From the NCBI GenBank assembly GCA_951406725.2, contig OX597818.1, positions 97,278,001 through 97,342,000 on the forward strand: a stretch of 64,000 nucleotides of DNA. Direction: 5' to 3'. The DNA comes from Octopus vulgaris (taxonomy: Eukaryota). A program made the position numbers and the translations under genes. Positions 25,858 through 39,385 of this stretch are shown here, piece after piece (position 1 is the stretch's first letter; each line of letters starts with the position of its first letter). The notes under the pieces were generated by a model. It was given only the letters and a program-made list of their open reading frames with translations. It was not told the DNA's origin and searched no databases.

Positions 25858-25999
25858 GAAGATGTACACACATATACAGAGTTTCAATTGTTTAAAACCT
25901 CCTTTCGGAAAGACAGTCCAAACTAATCTGCTCACATCCGCTTTATCTCGGTACGGTTCGGCAATGTTCGTCTCTGTCATCTCTACTTTTTATCTATTT

Positions 26000-26155
26000 A
26001 TTTTTACCTCCACGTCATCCAACTCTGCCTTGTCCCAGTGTGTTCGGATATTACTATACACGGAGAGAGAGAGAGAAAATAATGGAACGTGAAAGAGGGA
26101 GGGAGAGTAATAGTAAGTGAAAAAGAGAGAGAGGGGCTGTTATATATATATATAT

Positions 26156-26188
<33 letters not shown>

Positions 26189-26530
26189 CAGAGAGAGAGA
26201 GACGAGGCGTGAGGTAGAGATAGAGAGAGGAATACAGAGAAGGGTTATTTTAGGTAGAGATATAGAGGATGACAAACTGAAAGAGGAGGCAGTAATGTAG
26301 TAATAGAGAGAATGAAAAGAGAGAGACAGAGAGGGTGAGAAAGAGAAAGAAGGGAGTAAGGTAGAGAGATAGAGGATGAGAAAGAGTTTGATAAGCAGAA
26401 GGAGGAAAGGTAGGTAAGCTGACCTTCGCAAGTCAAGTTAAGATCGAGGCTGCAGTGACGTCACGAGATTCTACCAGACGACGACGTACAGACAGACGTT
26501 GGATGTGGACGTTCAACTCTCAGGTGAGAA
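26000..26530. promoter_or_regulatory. Putative bidirectional promoter / first-exon region with GA-rich tract and bZIP sites
   Basis: Purine-rich tract 26060-26410; palindromic GTGACGTCAC (CRE) at 26455-26464; TGACGTGG on the - strand at 26010-26017. Outward-facing donors CAG|gtgaga (+, 26523) and GAT|gtgagc (-, 25936); CpG-retaining context. Confidence 0.55.
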
Positions 26531-28016
26531 AAGTCCAGCTTAAACTAACCCCACCTCCTACATTTTATCCTTTCATTTATTATGGTGTCAACATTACAAA
26601 CAAATCGTACTAAGTATATCAATTATTCTTATATATGCTAATTAACTGCCGCTCTGCTCTGTCTTTCTTTGGCCGGGAAGGGCAGGAGGCAGTTTGGCTT
26701 TGGGCGAAATCGGTTGTGAGGTGGACGCGACTGGAAAAAAAGAAGAAAAATAATAATCGAAGATAGATACTTCCCTCTTCGGTCAAGCCCTCATCGACTT
26801 TTTTTTCAAGTTCCTTTTGGATTCTAGAATGAGAGAATAGAGAGGGAAATGTTGCTCTCTAGTAAATCTGTAGAATGGTGGGTGAAATTGTTGAGCATGG
26901 CCTGAATGTATGGGCCTATAGTCAACATGCACCTGTAGACCGGGGAATGACAGATAGGACAAGGCACCTATCCTTAATAATTAAAGTAATCCTGATTCTG
27001 TGGGGTTCCTTGATTGGTCCTAGGTGGCTGCCCACCTCATATTGGGGATATTATTCTTGCTGGTTGTTGTATTGGTATTTGTTGTTGCTTTCATTTTTAC
27101 CCGATGTAAACCCCTCAGTTGTTTAAACCTCACTCTTTCACTGTCCCCAAAGCTTTCAACCCCTGTGACAAACAAATGATGATTATTATTATTATTGGTG
27201 GGCATAGACAAATATTAAAATGAGGTAAAAAGAAAATTCTTAATATATTCCCAAACCCCAAATTCTTTTATAATTTTGCATTTAAAATTTTTTTCTTTCT
27301 CCCTCAAACCTTTGTGCACTACATACTTTCAACGTGCAAAAGATGTGTGTTTATCGTTGGATTAAAAAATACAGTTCTTTATATTTTATGCCCTACGACC
27401 AACAGGGTGGCCATAAAGTGGAGGTTCATTGTACAACATCTGTTGTTATCCCAAACGTTCCCCCATTTTGTGTCAGTTTCGTGTATAAACAGTTGTGTGC
27501 GTGTGATGTCGTTGCTATTATTACATAGATTGCTTTGGCGTTCCTGATAACGTGGCGAACGTTCAATAATTGTAGAAAAATGAAAATCGCTGCAGAAATG
27601 GTGTTCAGCTCTTGGTGGTTTGACTTCGATTCCCAGTTGTTAGCCATTTCACTTCACTTCTGGTAATACCTTCTGATACCTTTTGAGAAAGGCATGGACG
27701 TCACATAATCTTACCTCCTCTGTATAAATAATCTGTGAACTTGTGCCTGTGCAAAGCAATCAATAATTGTAGAAAGTGAGATAGTAACTGTAGTCGCTGC
27801 CATAAGAGGTTCTTTAAACTGTGTTTTAAATGTGGCTGGAGTATGTCACGCACATATACATATATAAACTATATATATGTATATATCTATATATCTATAT
27901 ATATATATATAGTGATCCCTCATTGTTTATATATACATATATAATGTATATATATATTTATATATACTGCATATATATGTATGTATATACTGTATATATG
28001 TGTATATATACTCACA

Positions 28017-28055
<39 letters not shown>

Positions 28056-28084
28056 CACACACACACATACTGTATGTATATAGT

Positions 28085-28265
28085 ATGATAGATCGCTAGC
28101 CACTACACATTCTTTATTCTCTCTCCTTGTTTTTTTCTGTGGAAGAGCGTAGGCTAGAAACGTTAAAGACTTTTTCACTTCCCGAGCGTTAAACTAATGC
28201 ATCTGTTTGTTGTCTACACCACCTGTCTTCGTCATTTGTTTTTTTTTTGTGAATTCTCCCCCTGT
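28085..28265 (+). mobile_element. Penelope-like pLTR remnant
   Basis: ctgtggaagagcgtaggctagaaacgttaaag hammerhead-like motif, embedded between (TA)n tracts. Confidence 0.5.
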
Positions 28266-28298
28266 ATATATATATATATATATATATAGATATACATA

Positions 28299-28411
<113 letters not shown>

Positions 28412-28427
28412 TATATATATATATAAT

Positions 28428-28782
<355 letters not shown>

Positions 28783-31700
28783 CAAAATATAAAACACATA
28801 CATATATATATATATATACACACATACATATACTGTATATATATACACACACATACATATACTGTATATATATACACACACATACATATACTGTATATAT
28901 ATACACACACATACATATACTGTATATATATATATATAATTGACAATTTATTTATGTAGATCTAGCAGGCAGGTGCTTCTATACCTCCTGTTACTCATGA
29001 TGTCTAATCGAGACACTCATAAACAGATTCCTCCATGGACCTGTTAAGAGCGAATAGGTGATATTACACAACATCACTTCATTTGTATCTTCATTCTGTC
29101 AACAATGCTTGAATTTCGTTCACAAAGCAAAATTTCATATGTATGATATTTGATGTGTCAATTTTAAGTAGGTGTGTATATATGAAAAACGATGATAGAG
29201 AAATAAATGTTGTGAGGGGTCAGTAAATATATTGCTTTAGCGTTTATTTTTTTCCCCACCTCTGCCTTCTTAAAAATCGTATTATTTTTATAATAGTATA
29301 TCATTTTATGATACTGATACAACAATCTGGGTTGCTTTAGATAATTTTGGATCGTTAAAAATAATGAAGCTTAAGAAAAAAAAAATTAATACTTTGCACC
29401 TGTAATGAATGTATTTTTATCACGTATCTATGGTGATAGATATTTTTTCTCGTTTTTTTTTTCATAACTGTCATGGAGCTATTTAAAAGCAAATGCATAT
29501 AAATGTGGGTCTGTGTGTATGAATTGGCATATATAAATGCATATCCTCCATACATTCTCTAAAGGAATAAACGCAATGTATAACACCTAGGTTTTAGACT
29601 AGCTATTGCTAACCTGGATTTTAAAACAGTCGAATTATACAGGTAGGTCTAACTCGATTTCAGTCACTACCTACACTCTTAAAATCTACACGTCCTAATT
29701 ATCATCATGGCCCCTCTTCTCTTGTTAAATTTCCTTTAAATATATAGTTTAAATGTGAAAATGTGTCAACTCTACAATGAAATTCTTTGGATCCTTATAT
29801 ATAGGCATACGCATGCATGCATGTATGTGTGTGTGTGGTCGGTTTTATCGGTAACTCTGCATTGATAACTGTTAACCGTTGAGTAGATTATTAATGTTAA
29901 GTACGGATTTATGTAGTCTCACCTTTTTATAGATATTACATGTCTATTGGTATTACTATGATATAAAACAACGATGATTTCTGCCCTACTTTTTCTTCTA
30001 TCTTTTTATGTCACAAGCCGTGGTATTCATGTTTGAACGACAGGGGTGTTTCAATGTTTTGCGCTGAGTTTTTCACGTTATCTTGCCAAAATGTTGTCCA
30101 CACTTGAAGCACTGGACTGCATGCAAAGTGTTGAGCTAAATGTCTAGTAGTATTTAGTTTAATCACCCTACGTTTTGTGTTCAAATCCTGCCGATGTCGA
30201 CTGTGCTTTTAATCGTTAATGGTGGTGGTGGTGGTGGTCAGTAAAATATGCAGCTAATTAAGTACTAGGGTTAATTATTACATTAAAGATTTGCCCCTCC
30301 CCCGCCTTAGTGCTAATATTAGAAACCAACATTATGACCACAGTGGTTTGACATACATGGAACGATTAGCTTAAGGAGCCATCGTTCATCCGCCCCCCCA
30401 ACGCGCACACGTGCACAAGTAGTTATTTTCTTTACGGTCTTGTGAGCACCTGATTCTATTTCTGTGGCGTCTTTTCATAGTCATGGCAATGGAAACGACA
30501 CTTAACCTAGATTTTTTCAATTCGATATGCTTCATCGTTTTGAGTTCAAGTACTAATCTGGTCAATTTTACTTATCATCCCCACGCAATTCCGGTTATAT
30601 ACGGCATCCATTCAATACGGTACATGTTCCCATTCTTTTCATTACAAAACAGTTCATGTGTTTGTGTAAAATCAATCCCCACTTCTTTAATTGTTTCATG
30701 CCTCAATCCCGGCCTTCCCAGCTGATGTAGCGCTGAGATAATAGGCTGTTCGATTAGGGTTTCCTGTGTTTTGTTATATAGGTCTGATGAGATTTGAACG
30801 TAAAAAATTACCATTTTAAGTATGGTGAGAAGTTTGTTGCGAGAGGTGGGTTGGCTGCTACATTGAGCTGAACAAACGTCTACATACAAAGGAGCACTCT
30901 GTCTCTCTCGCTCTCTTCTATATGTCAGTGTCTCTATATCTGAACGTATGATTGTGTGTGTGTGTAGTGTATTGGTCATTTTTGCTGAAGCAAACTAAAT
31001 GGTACAGAATGTGTAGGTAATGTCTAGGTGTAGTGTAAGTTCAGCCTACCTGAATATGCAACATGTCACTCGACGTGTTTTGCTTCTGTACATTTTAAGC
31101 GCATAATCTACATTTTTCATTGTAACACTCGCGATGTAATTATAGGTTGCAGGCCCTTCTGAGATTGAAGAACTTATTCAGTATTACAAATGTTTGTAAC
31201 TATTTCTCTCCTCCCCCCGCTTCTTTTTTTTACTCGACTGCAAACAACCACCAGTTTATTCGGATTCTATTTTTTTCTAAAGTAGTAAAAAACTAATTTC
31301 TCGAGCGTGTTTTTTTTTCTTTCATTCATTCGAACCGGACTTCTCGTATTTTTGTTGAAGATAGCGCAGGTATTAGTGGGCTCCGGTATATATGCTGTCG
31401 TGTTTTGAGTTTATATCTCTTTAGATCAAAATAAGAACCAGTAACGCACACACTAGATAAGGTCAATCAACTCTACCTTCCAATAATCCTTTCTATTATA
31501 GGCACAAGACCTGAAATTTGGGTGGGGGGGAGGAGACTAGTCGATTACATCGACCCCAGCACTCAACTGGTACTTATTTTATCGACTTCGAAAGGATGGC
31601 AGGCAAAGTCGACCTCAGAACGTAGAGATGGATGAAATACCGCTAAGCATTTTGTCCGGTATGCTAACGATTCTGCTAGTTCGCCACCTTCCGATAATAA

Positions 31701-33308
31701 TAATAATTATGGTTTCTAAATTCGGCTTAAAATGACGGTAGTGATTTGTTCAATCCACACCGTATATGACTGGCACTTGTATGGACACTTTATCAACACA
31801 GACAGAATGAAAAGCAAAACCACCCTCGGCGCGATTTGAACTCAGAACGTATCGAAGTACAGCAACGCATTTTGCTCGCAGCTTTACCAATTCCATTGAA
31901 TAGTTTGGTTCATTTTATTTTAATATATCCTATTTTGTTTGTACTGTTACATCCTAGCTAAATTTTTACCGATCCGAAATCTTTCGAATAAATTCTTTAA
32001 TTGATCAATTAAATGTTCTTATTTTAATTGAAGGTATCGATATTTGCTGATTTATAATTCAGCCAAAAGTTCACTTAGAGTAAGCCCACTATCTCCGATC
32101 AAACACTTACGCTTTCAGTTGTAGGTGTGAAGTGTTGTAGTGTATTCCCTGCATACATAGACACGTATATGGTGTTATAATTATAGCCTTAGCCATTAAA
32201 AATATATTTATATATCTGGCAGGTGATTGTTGTTGTCGAATCGATTCGGTAGCTTATTTTCGAACCTGGTTGCAGCAATTTTATTTGAATAATCATTGAG
32301 AAACGTGTAAACATTGCAATATCCATTTTACCCACCGATTAGTTTATTTAAAAAAAAAAAATTTATCTAAAGCAATCACTATTTTTTATTTCGTGCCGAG
32401 GGCAGTTAAGCTTTTCGATCTTTTGAAACTCGACGAAATCAATACAAGGACTCTTGGGGAAGGTTGAACGTCACAGCGTCCTATTTCTTTATAAATGTAA
32501 AGCCTTTGGGAATTCTCTATTACTTAAAAAAAAAATCAGGTTTAGGTAGATTGGAGAAAAATAGTTTTCATTGTTTATATATATATGTGTGGATGGATAG
32601 ATGGATCTACACAAACGCTTTTAAATGTAAAAATGCATTCATTGCATTGTTCAGTCTTTGTATTTGTTATACAACAATAATATAGTTTCAGTAGTTCTTT
32701 CAATTACTGACTAATGGGTTTAACTGTCTCTGACACGCCAGCTATCAACCGCCAAATTTATAGTTTGTTTGTGATGGCAGCTGTTATACAACGCGTGTTA
32801 ATAGCCTGTCGGTTGGTATAAGACCATCTCGGCACACATCTGTTACTTTTTGCTTTTGCCACGTCTTAATAGAAAATGAAACGTACATTTCCACCATGTT
32901 AATTAATAAACATTTAACTATACTGCGCGTAAAGGTAATAAGCTCTTGGTGGACTGAACCCTGGGTTTGATTCTTAAATTGTAGCTGTATATTACTTGAA
33001 AAGTCAGCATTGCAATAAATACCTTTATCTCTATCCCCTTCCCCAAAGGAGCTGGGCAGCTGTTAATGAATACCTCTGATCAATTAGGTCATGCACACTG
33101 CCACTGTTGCAGTAATTTGTAAGAAATATAGGTGTGTGAGTGTGTATGTGGAGTATTCACATTTATATATTACAGAGAATCAATAAATTTATTAATAAAA
33201 TAGATATTACCGCAAATAGTATTAATATTCAATGTAGATTAGTTTAGCTAGTTATCAGTGTTGTTTCAATCTGGATTGCATGAATTATTGTTTACGTGAC
33301 ATGTATGT

Positions 33309-33348
<40 letters not shown>

Positions 33349-36300
33349 ATGTATGTATGTATCAATCATTAAAAAATAGGGACTCATGAATTATAGTTAA
33401 GTTAGTGTTTATATAGTGTCATAAAATAGATCTCTAGAAAAGAGTACACACTAATGATGTCATTAAATAGCTAATTAGAAACAAATTATGCTTGATAGGA
33501 AAGCAAGGAGTATCAGTCAGTGACTAATAATGAAATGTTTGACAAGTATGGGAGACAACTCTGGAGATGTTTGACTCTCATTAGACCTCCTCTGTGAAGC
33601 ATAGACTTCATTGCATATGCTGAGGTAGTGATGAGAGAAACAGTAAGTAAATGTATAAGGTTTACATACAAAAATAGAAATGTTCAGAGAACAGTTTACT
33701 TTTAGATGCCATCTGCAAGAGGAAATAATTAAGTTTGTGTTTACATATTTAATGCAAAGAACATCAAAAAGCTAACTAGACAAGAAAGCATGCAATGAGG
33801 AGGTGAAAAATATTACTCAGTGACTAATACTTCTTGTTTTGTTCCAGAACATTGTCTTGCATTCATACCATTGCAGTGGTTGAACATATACTGCAGCTGC
33901 ACTCCTTAATGCTTAACATCTTTCATGAATTTGTAGTTTATCTTTTCAAATTTCCTGCATTGCACTTGGTTTATTCATTCTTGTCATTTGTACATCTCTT
34001 ATTGCTGATGTTTTGGTGTCATATGGCTGTACTTTCCAATGTTCATCTAATCATTGATACTGATATAGTTGTGATGTTATTAGGGATAATGCCAGCTTTT
34101 GTTGTGTGAGTCTACATCTAAGAGAGTTAAATGTCTACCCCAGGCAGCTATAATAGTAATAAAACTACAAGTTAGCATCTAATTATTGTCAGTAAATTAC
34201 GTGTTAGCATTGTAAGTACTCTTTATATGAGCCCATAGCCAAGCTTAGCTAGTACTGTTAACTTTATATCTCTAATATATGCAGCCTATGGTGTTGAACA
34301 TTTATCATGAGAAGCTGACAGCACTAACAAGAAAATAGAAACAGTAGCCTATACCATTACCAAATAAAGTCCAGCTATATTAACAGCTGGTATCTAACCA
34401 TCTTAAAGTAAATTTCTCAGTCATTATTTCAGTATCAGTATTACGTAATGTATGAATGACTGCGTGGTTAAGAAGGTTGCTTCTCAACCACATGGTTTTG
34501 GGTTCATAAGTGTCTGCTGCTATAACCACTGGTCCTGGATTTAGCAGATGTAAACTGAAAGAAGCCCATTGTGTGTGTGTGCATGTGCTTGTATTTCCTT
34601 GTCACTACCATTCAATCAGTATCCTTCATTTCTAATCTTCTGTGTAAACATGTCTGACTTTGAGGAAATATTATTTTACTTGAAAACTAGTGAAGGTTGG
34701 CAACAGGAAGAGCATTCAGCCTTAGAAAATCTACCTCAACAAATTCTGTATGACCTATTCAAGCATGAAAAGTGGATGTATAATTGATGATGATGATGAT
34801 ATATTTAAGAAGAAAACTAGTTAATACTTTGAGCATTACAAGCATACTATTCTAGCAATTAAGAAATTTGATTATTATCAGAGACCAAATAATTGAAACT
34901 TAGTGTAGATATAAATTAAGAACAGTATATCATCTTTTAAAGGTGATAGTTTTAGTCTAAAAACTGATAATATTGTCATTGGTAAAAATACCTGTTCTGG
35001 TTTCAGCCATTGGGTTAGGGATGTGCTGGGACAGTCTCAGTGGTGAAATGAAGATGCAGGTTCATTGGAATGCATTGATTTGAAAGGTCAAGTGTTCTGC
35101 TAATACTGGTTGGTGGAGGTGGTCAACTATTTTATTATCACTCTGTTATAAGGTTTGTCTAGCAAAGTGAAAAGTCTGAAATGGTAGCTTGTTTCTTAGG
35201 CAGATAATGTGAAGGAGTCCACCATTCTTTACATGCTTGATTTCCTGGTCAGCTGAGTGTATGCATGTGCTTACAGTTAATTTGATTTTGTATTTGAAGG
35301 CTGTACACAGTCTCTCATTTGCAGGATAGATGTATTGAAGACATAAAAAACTAAATGTCATAATGTAAATATGAATATATTCTCCCCCACCTCAGCTTAG
35401 CTTTTCCTGTTTTGCAAGTTACTAGGCAACCTCACTAATGCCAATGGAAAAAAACCCCAACAAAATAAAAAAAAGAACAAAACAAAACAAAAAAAAAAAC
35501 ACCACCACACACACTGTAAAGTGATTGGTGTTACAAAGGGCGTCTAGTCATAGAAGCCATGCCAAAGCTGATATCGGAGCTCAATACAGCCCTTGCTGGA
35601 TCTTGCTAAACATCCAAACCATGCCAGTATGGAAAAATAATGTTGACAATGATAATTATATTGATAAATCTTTTTAACTTCTACACTTCCTGGTACTCAT
35701 TCAAATAGAAAGACAGTGCAGTTTAGAGGAGTATTTCCTTATAATCCTCTCTAACTTGCTCTCCACTCTCTGTTATGGGTTGCAACAAGTTTAAAAAGTG
35801 GCTGTGATTAAATTATTTTCTACACAGCGAATTCCTCTTCCACGAATCATTTTGGATGTCACTTCTTTTCATGTTTCATGTGTGGGTGTGATTAGATGCA
35901 TGCAGACTTCAGTATGTGTATATTTTTTTGTGGATGAAATGTTATGAACAAAATGTTGAAGCTATTAGCTTTTCTCAAGATTTCATTTATAATAGCTCAA
36001 AATGCAATTTTTTGTTTTCTTCAACAACGATCTGTTGGTGGTACTGTTGACCCTTTCAGAATTTGAACAAAATACCATTTTAAAAGCCAACAACTAGCAA
36101 GGATAGTTGTACTTGTTAAACCTTTCTCCAATGTAACCAATGGTATATAGTGACCTAAATTCTTGTTACTGACCTATTCTAGCAAGTTTGTGTATGTATG
36201 TGTGTGTGTGCTGTGGACATAGTTTAAAACATTTCATTTCATCACCTGCTAAATACTAATTTTAATAAATAAGTTTTATAAAAAGGAAGATGTCTTATTA

Positions 36301-36734
36301 ATTGATGAATTTTGTAAAGTTAAGCTATTTTTACAGCCCATATTTTTAAAAGGCAAAACAATAATTAGTTTTGTTTTATTTTTGTTCATTTGTTTTTATT
36401 TTTAATGCTGTTTTTCCATGTTCATATGAGTTTGATGAGGACATATTTGAAGCAGGATTTTATAGCTGGGTACTTTTACTGTTGCAAACCCTTACCTATT
36501 TTTCAAGTAAGGGATTTGTTATTCCATTAACTTTCTAAAAGCTAAGAGTGACCAGTCATAATATATCCAAAGAATGTAAATTTAACACCGTTTAGCTTAA
36601 GCAAAGCATTGTCATCATTGTTATATTTGTGTGCATGCACACACGCATTCTGTCATATATATATAAAAATTCAGGGTGAATACTTGATAACTGTAAGCAC
36701 CTGTATATGCCAGTTAGTGGTGTAGGTGATAGAG

Positions 36735-37183
36735 TATATTTATCAAAAGAAAAACAGGATGCAAAGGACTTAGCGGTACATATGTTTCTGGCCTTTATTA
36801 GACAATTTATATCAATGCATAATTGATGTAATATGTATGTCAATAGCCTTCATCAGCCACGCACAATTACCACACCAAGGACATGTATTACGTTATAAGT
36901 TTGGGAAAAAGACGATTTTCGTTAGGGATGCAAATCCTCGTATTCGTATATGGCAGAGTGAGACACCGAAGCAAAAACAAAGCGTCCATACCGTTTTTCA
37001 CTTGAAGTTTTTCCCAAACTTATAATGTAATACATGTCCTTGGTGTGGTAATTGTGCGCGGCTGATGAAAGCTATTGACATACATATTACATCAATTATG
37101 CATTGATATAAACTGTCTAATAAAGGCCAGAAACATATGTACCGCTAAGTCCTTTGCATCCTGTTTTTCTTTTGATAAATATA
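36735..37183. mobile_element. Young fold-back element with 176-bp inverted arms and 97-bp spacer
   Basis: 36735-36910 vs 37008-37183 are reverse complements with 4 mismatches by eye; TA-rich ends. Confidence 0.92.
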
Positions 37184-37189
37184 TATATA

Positions 37190-38452
37190 TAGGGTAATCC
37201 CATAAATAATGCAGTTTTTTAATACTTCTTTTATTTTTCAAAATTAAGATAAAGTTCTTTTTTAATCTAAAATATACTCTCCTTCATTTTCTACAATGCT
37301 CTTCCATCTATCTTGTAGACTTGCAAGGCCCCTCTTCCAAAATTCACTTGTCCGGGACAAAAAAATACTCCTCCAGTACTGTTCTGACCTTTTCTGCAGA
37401 GTTCATATTTTTTCTGTCCAAATGATTTTGAAAACTGCAGAATAAATGATAATCAGATGGGGCACTGTCTGCCAAATATGGTGGGTGGGGCATTGTTTCC
37501 CATTCAAACTGCTCCATGTCATCCTCGCTGAATATGGTCAAGCATTATCCTGATGGATGAACACCTTTCGTCTTGAAAGCAAAGATGGTCATTTTTCTTC
37601 TAGTGCTGACTCAAGCTGCTCATAGCAGATCTCCTTTGTTATCTTTTGGTTTGAGTTTAAAAGTTCAAAGTGGACTAAACTTTTCATATCCCACCAAACA
37701 GATAACAGCACCTTATGTGGGTGAAGACCTTTAGCTTGGGGTGCTGGTGTTTCTTCTTTCCATACCCACTGTCTTTGATGTTTGACATTTTTATAGAGAA
37801 CCCATTTCTCATCACCAGTCACTATTTGGTCCCAAAACGGTTCATTCATGAAATGTGATAGCAAAGACAATCAAACATTCACTTCCTGCACATGATTAGA
37901 CTTGGAAAGTTTGTGAGGAACCCATTGACCCAATTTTCTGGCTTTTCTGATGGCACACAGGTGTCAATGAATGGTTGAATGACCAAATCCAAGCTTCTCT
38001 GCTAGTTCCTCAACAGTTACAATGGGATTTTGTTCCACCTGGGCTTGCAGGATGTCATCATTGAGCTCTACATATCTTCCAGGATGAGGCTCATCTTCTA
38101 GGCTGTAGTTTCCTGCTTGGGATTTCTGGAACCACCATTGACACTGGCTTATGCTTATTGTTTGATACCCATATACTACATTAATATTCCTTGCGCTTTC
38201 TGTTGCGTTGTTGCCTTTATTGAACTCATAAAGCAAAATATGCTGAATATACTCCTTTGTCACTTCCATTATAGCTTTGAAAAAATAACCGTTAAAATCG
38301 AACTGCACTCTTCAAAATTTGTACTAAGACTAAGGACAAGGTAAAATTACTACCTGCTTTTATAGCAAGTTGATACAGGTAGTTTATCCCATCCCCCTCC
38401 AACTTTTAGTTCATGCATTTGAAAAAAATGCATTATTCATGGCTTGACCTAA
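37190..38452 (-). mobile_element. Near full-length decayed mariner transposon (pseudogenised transposase)
   Basis: About 1.26 kb, degenerate TIRs (ccat(a/g)aataatgca.ttttt), TA flanks. ORF pieces HILLYEFNKG..LEDEPHPGR, IVTGDEKWVLY, HPHKVLLSVWWD, HQDNA and HPPYLADSAPSDYHLF, interrupted by stops and frameshifts. Confidence 0.95.
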
Positions 38453-39099
38453 TACATATAAACAACAAAAAGTCAGGAGGTATGAGCAGTGAATATATTT
38501 AACCACTTGTCATCCTTAGGATTATGGTCATTTTGCAGACTTCTTCATGAAATAATAGTTTCAGTTTATAATAAATTACATTTACATGTCTGCTCTAATA
38601 TACATGCTGTGCATTATACAATCATGGCACTCCATCGGTTATGACAATGAGGATCCCATTTGAACCGATCAATGGTAACAGCCTGCTTGTGAAATTAATG
38701 TGCAAGTGGCCGAGCACTCCACAGACATGTGTACCCTTAATGTAGTTCTTGTGTGTGTGTGTGTGTGGGGGGGGGGGTTCAGCGTGACCTTTGAAATACA
38801 GGTATAACAGAAACAGGAAGAAAGTGTGAGAGAAAGTTGTGGTGAAAGAATACAGCAGGGTTCGCCACCACTCCTAGCCGGAGCCTCGTGGAGCTTTAGG
38901 TGTTTTCGTTCAATAAACACTCAAAATGCCTGCTCTGGGAATCAAAACCGCAATCCTTTGATCACAAGTTCACTGCCCTAACCACTGGAGCATTGCGTGC
39001 CTCTACACATTATACAATACAATTGTATCTATAAATTCTCTTTGAAGGCTTTGGTTGGTAAAGGGCTATAGTAGGAGACACTTGCTCTGACATGCATTG

Positions 39100-39385
39100 T
39101 TATCTTAAGGCATGGGCACACTGGCTAGTTGCCTAGAGGCCTCACAAGTCTGGGGGCCCAGTTCTTATCTCTTTATGTTATAGCTTGTTGTCAATAAATA
39201 AATACTATAAGACCCAGTGCACTGATTTGCCTGGGGGCTTCATGAATGTAGGGACCCAATTTTGATCTATGTTGTGGCTTATCAATAAATAAATACTATA
39301 AAGTCCAGTGCTCTGATTTTCCCAGGGGCTTATAATACTGTTAAGATGGCCCAGGTGATAATGTTGCTGCTAAGATGACCCTGGT
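39100..39385. mobile_element. hAT-like non-autonomous element with internal ~90-bp tandem duplication, nested in a SINE
   Basis: Ends tcttaag... / ttaagatggcccag; duplicated tcaataaataaatactataa..ccagtgc.ctgattt. SINE halves lie on either side. Confidence 0.55.

Noticed and set aside
25357-25926. 189-aa ORF
   Set aside because: Composed of SINE fragments and (TA)n microsatellite.
37344-38308. SETMAR-like or active transposase gene
   Set aside because: Split by stops and frameshifts, no SET domain, bounded by TIRs: a dead mariner.
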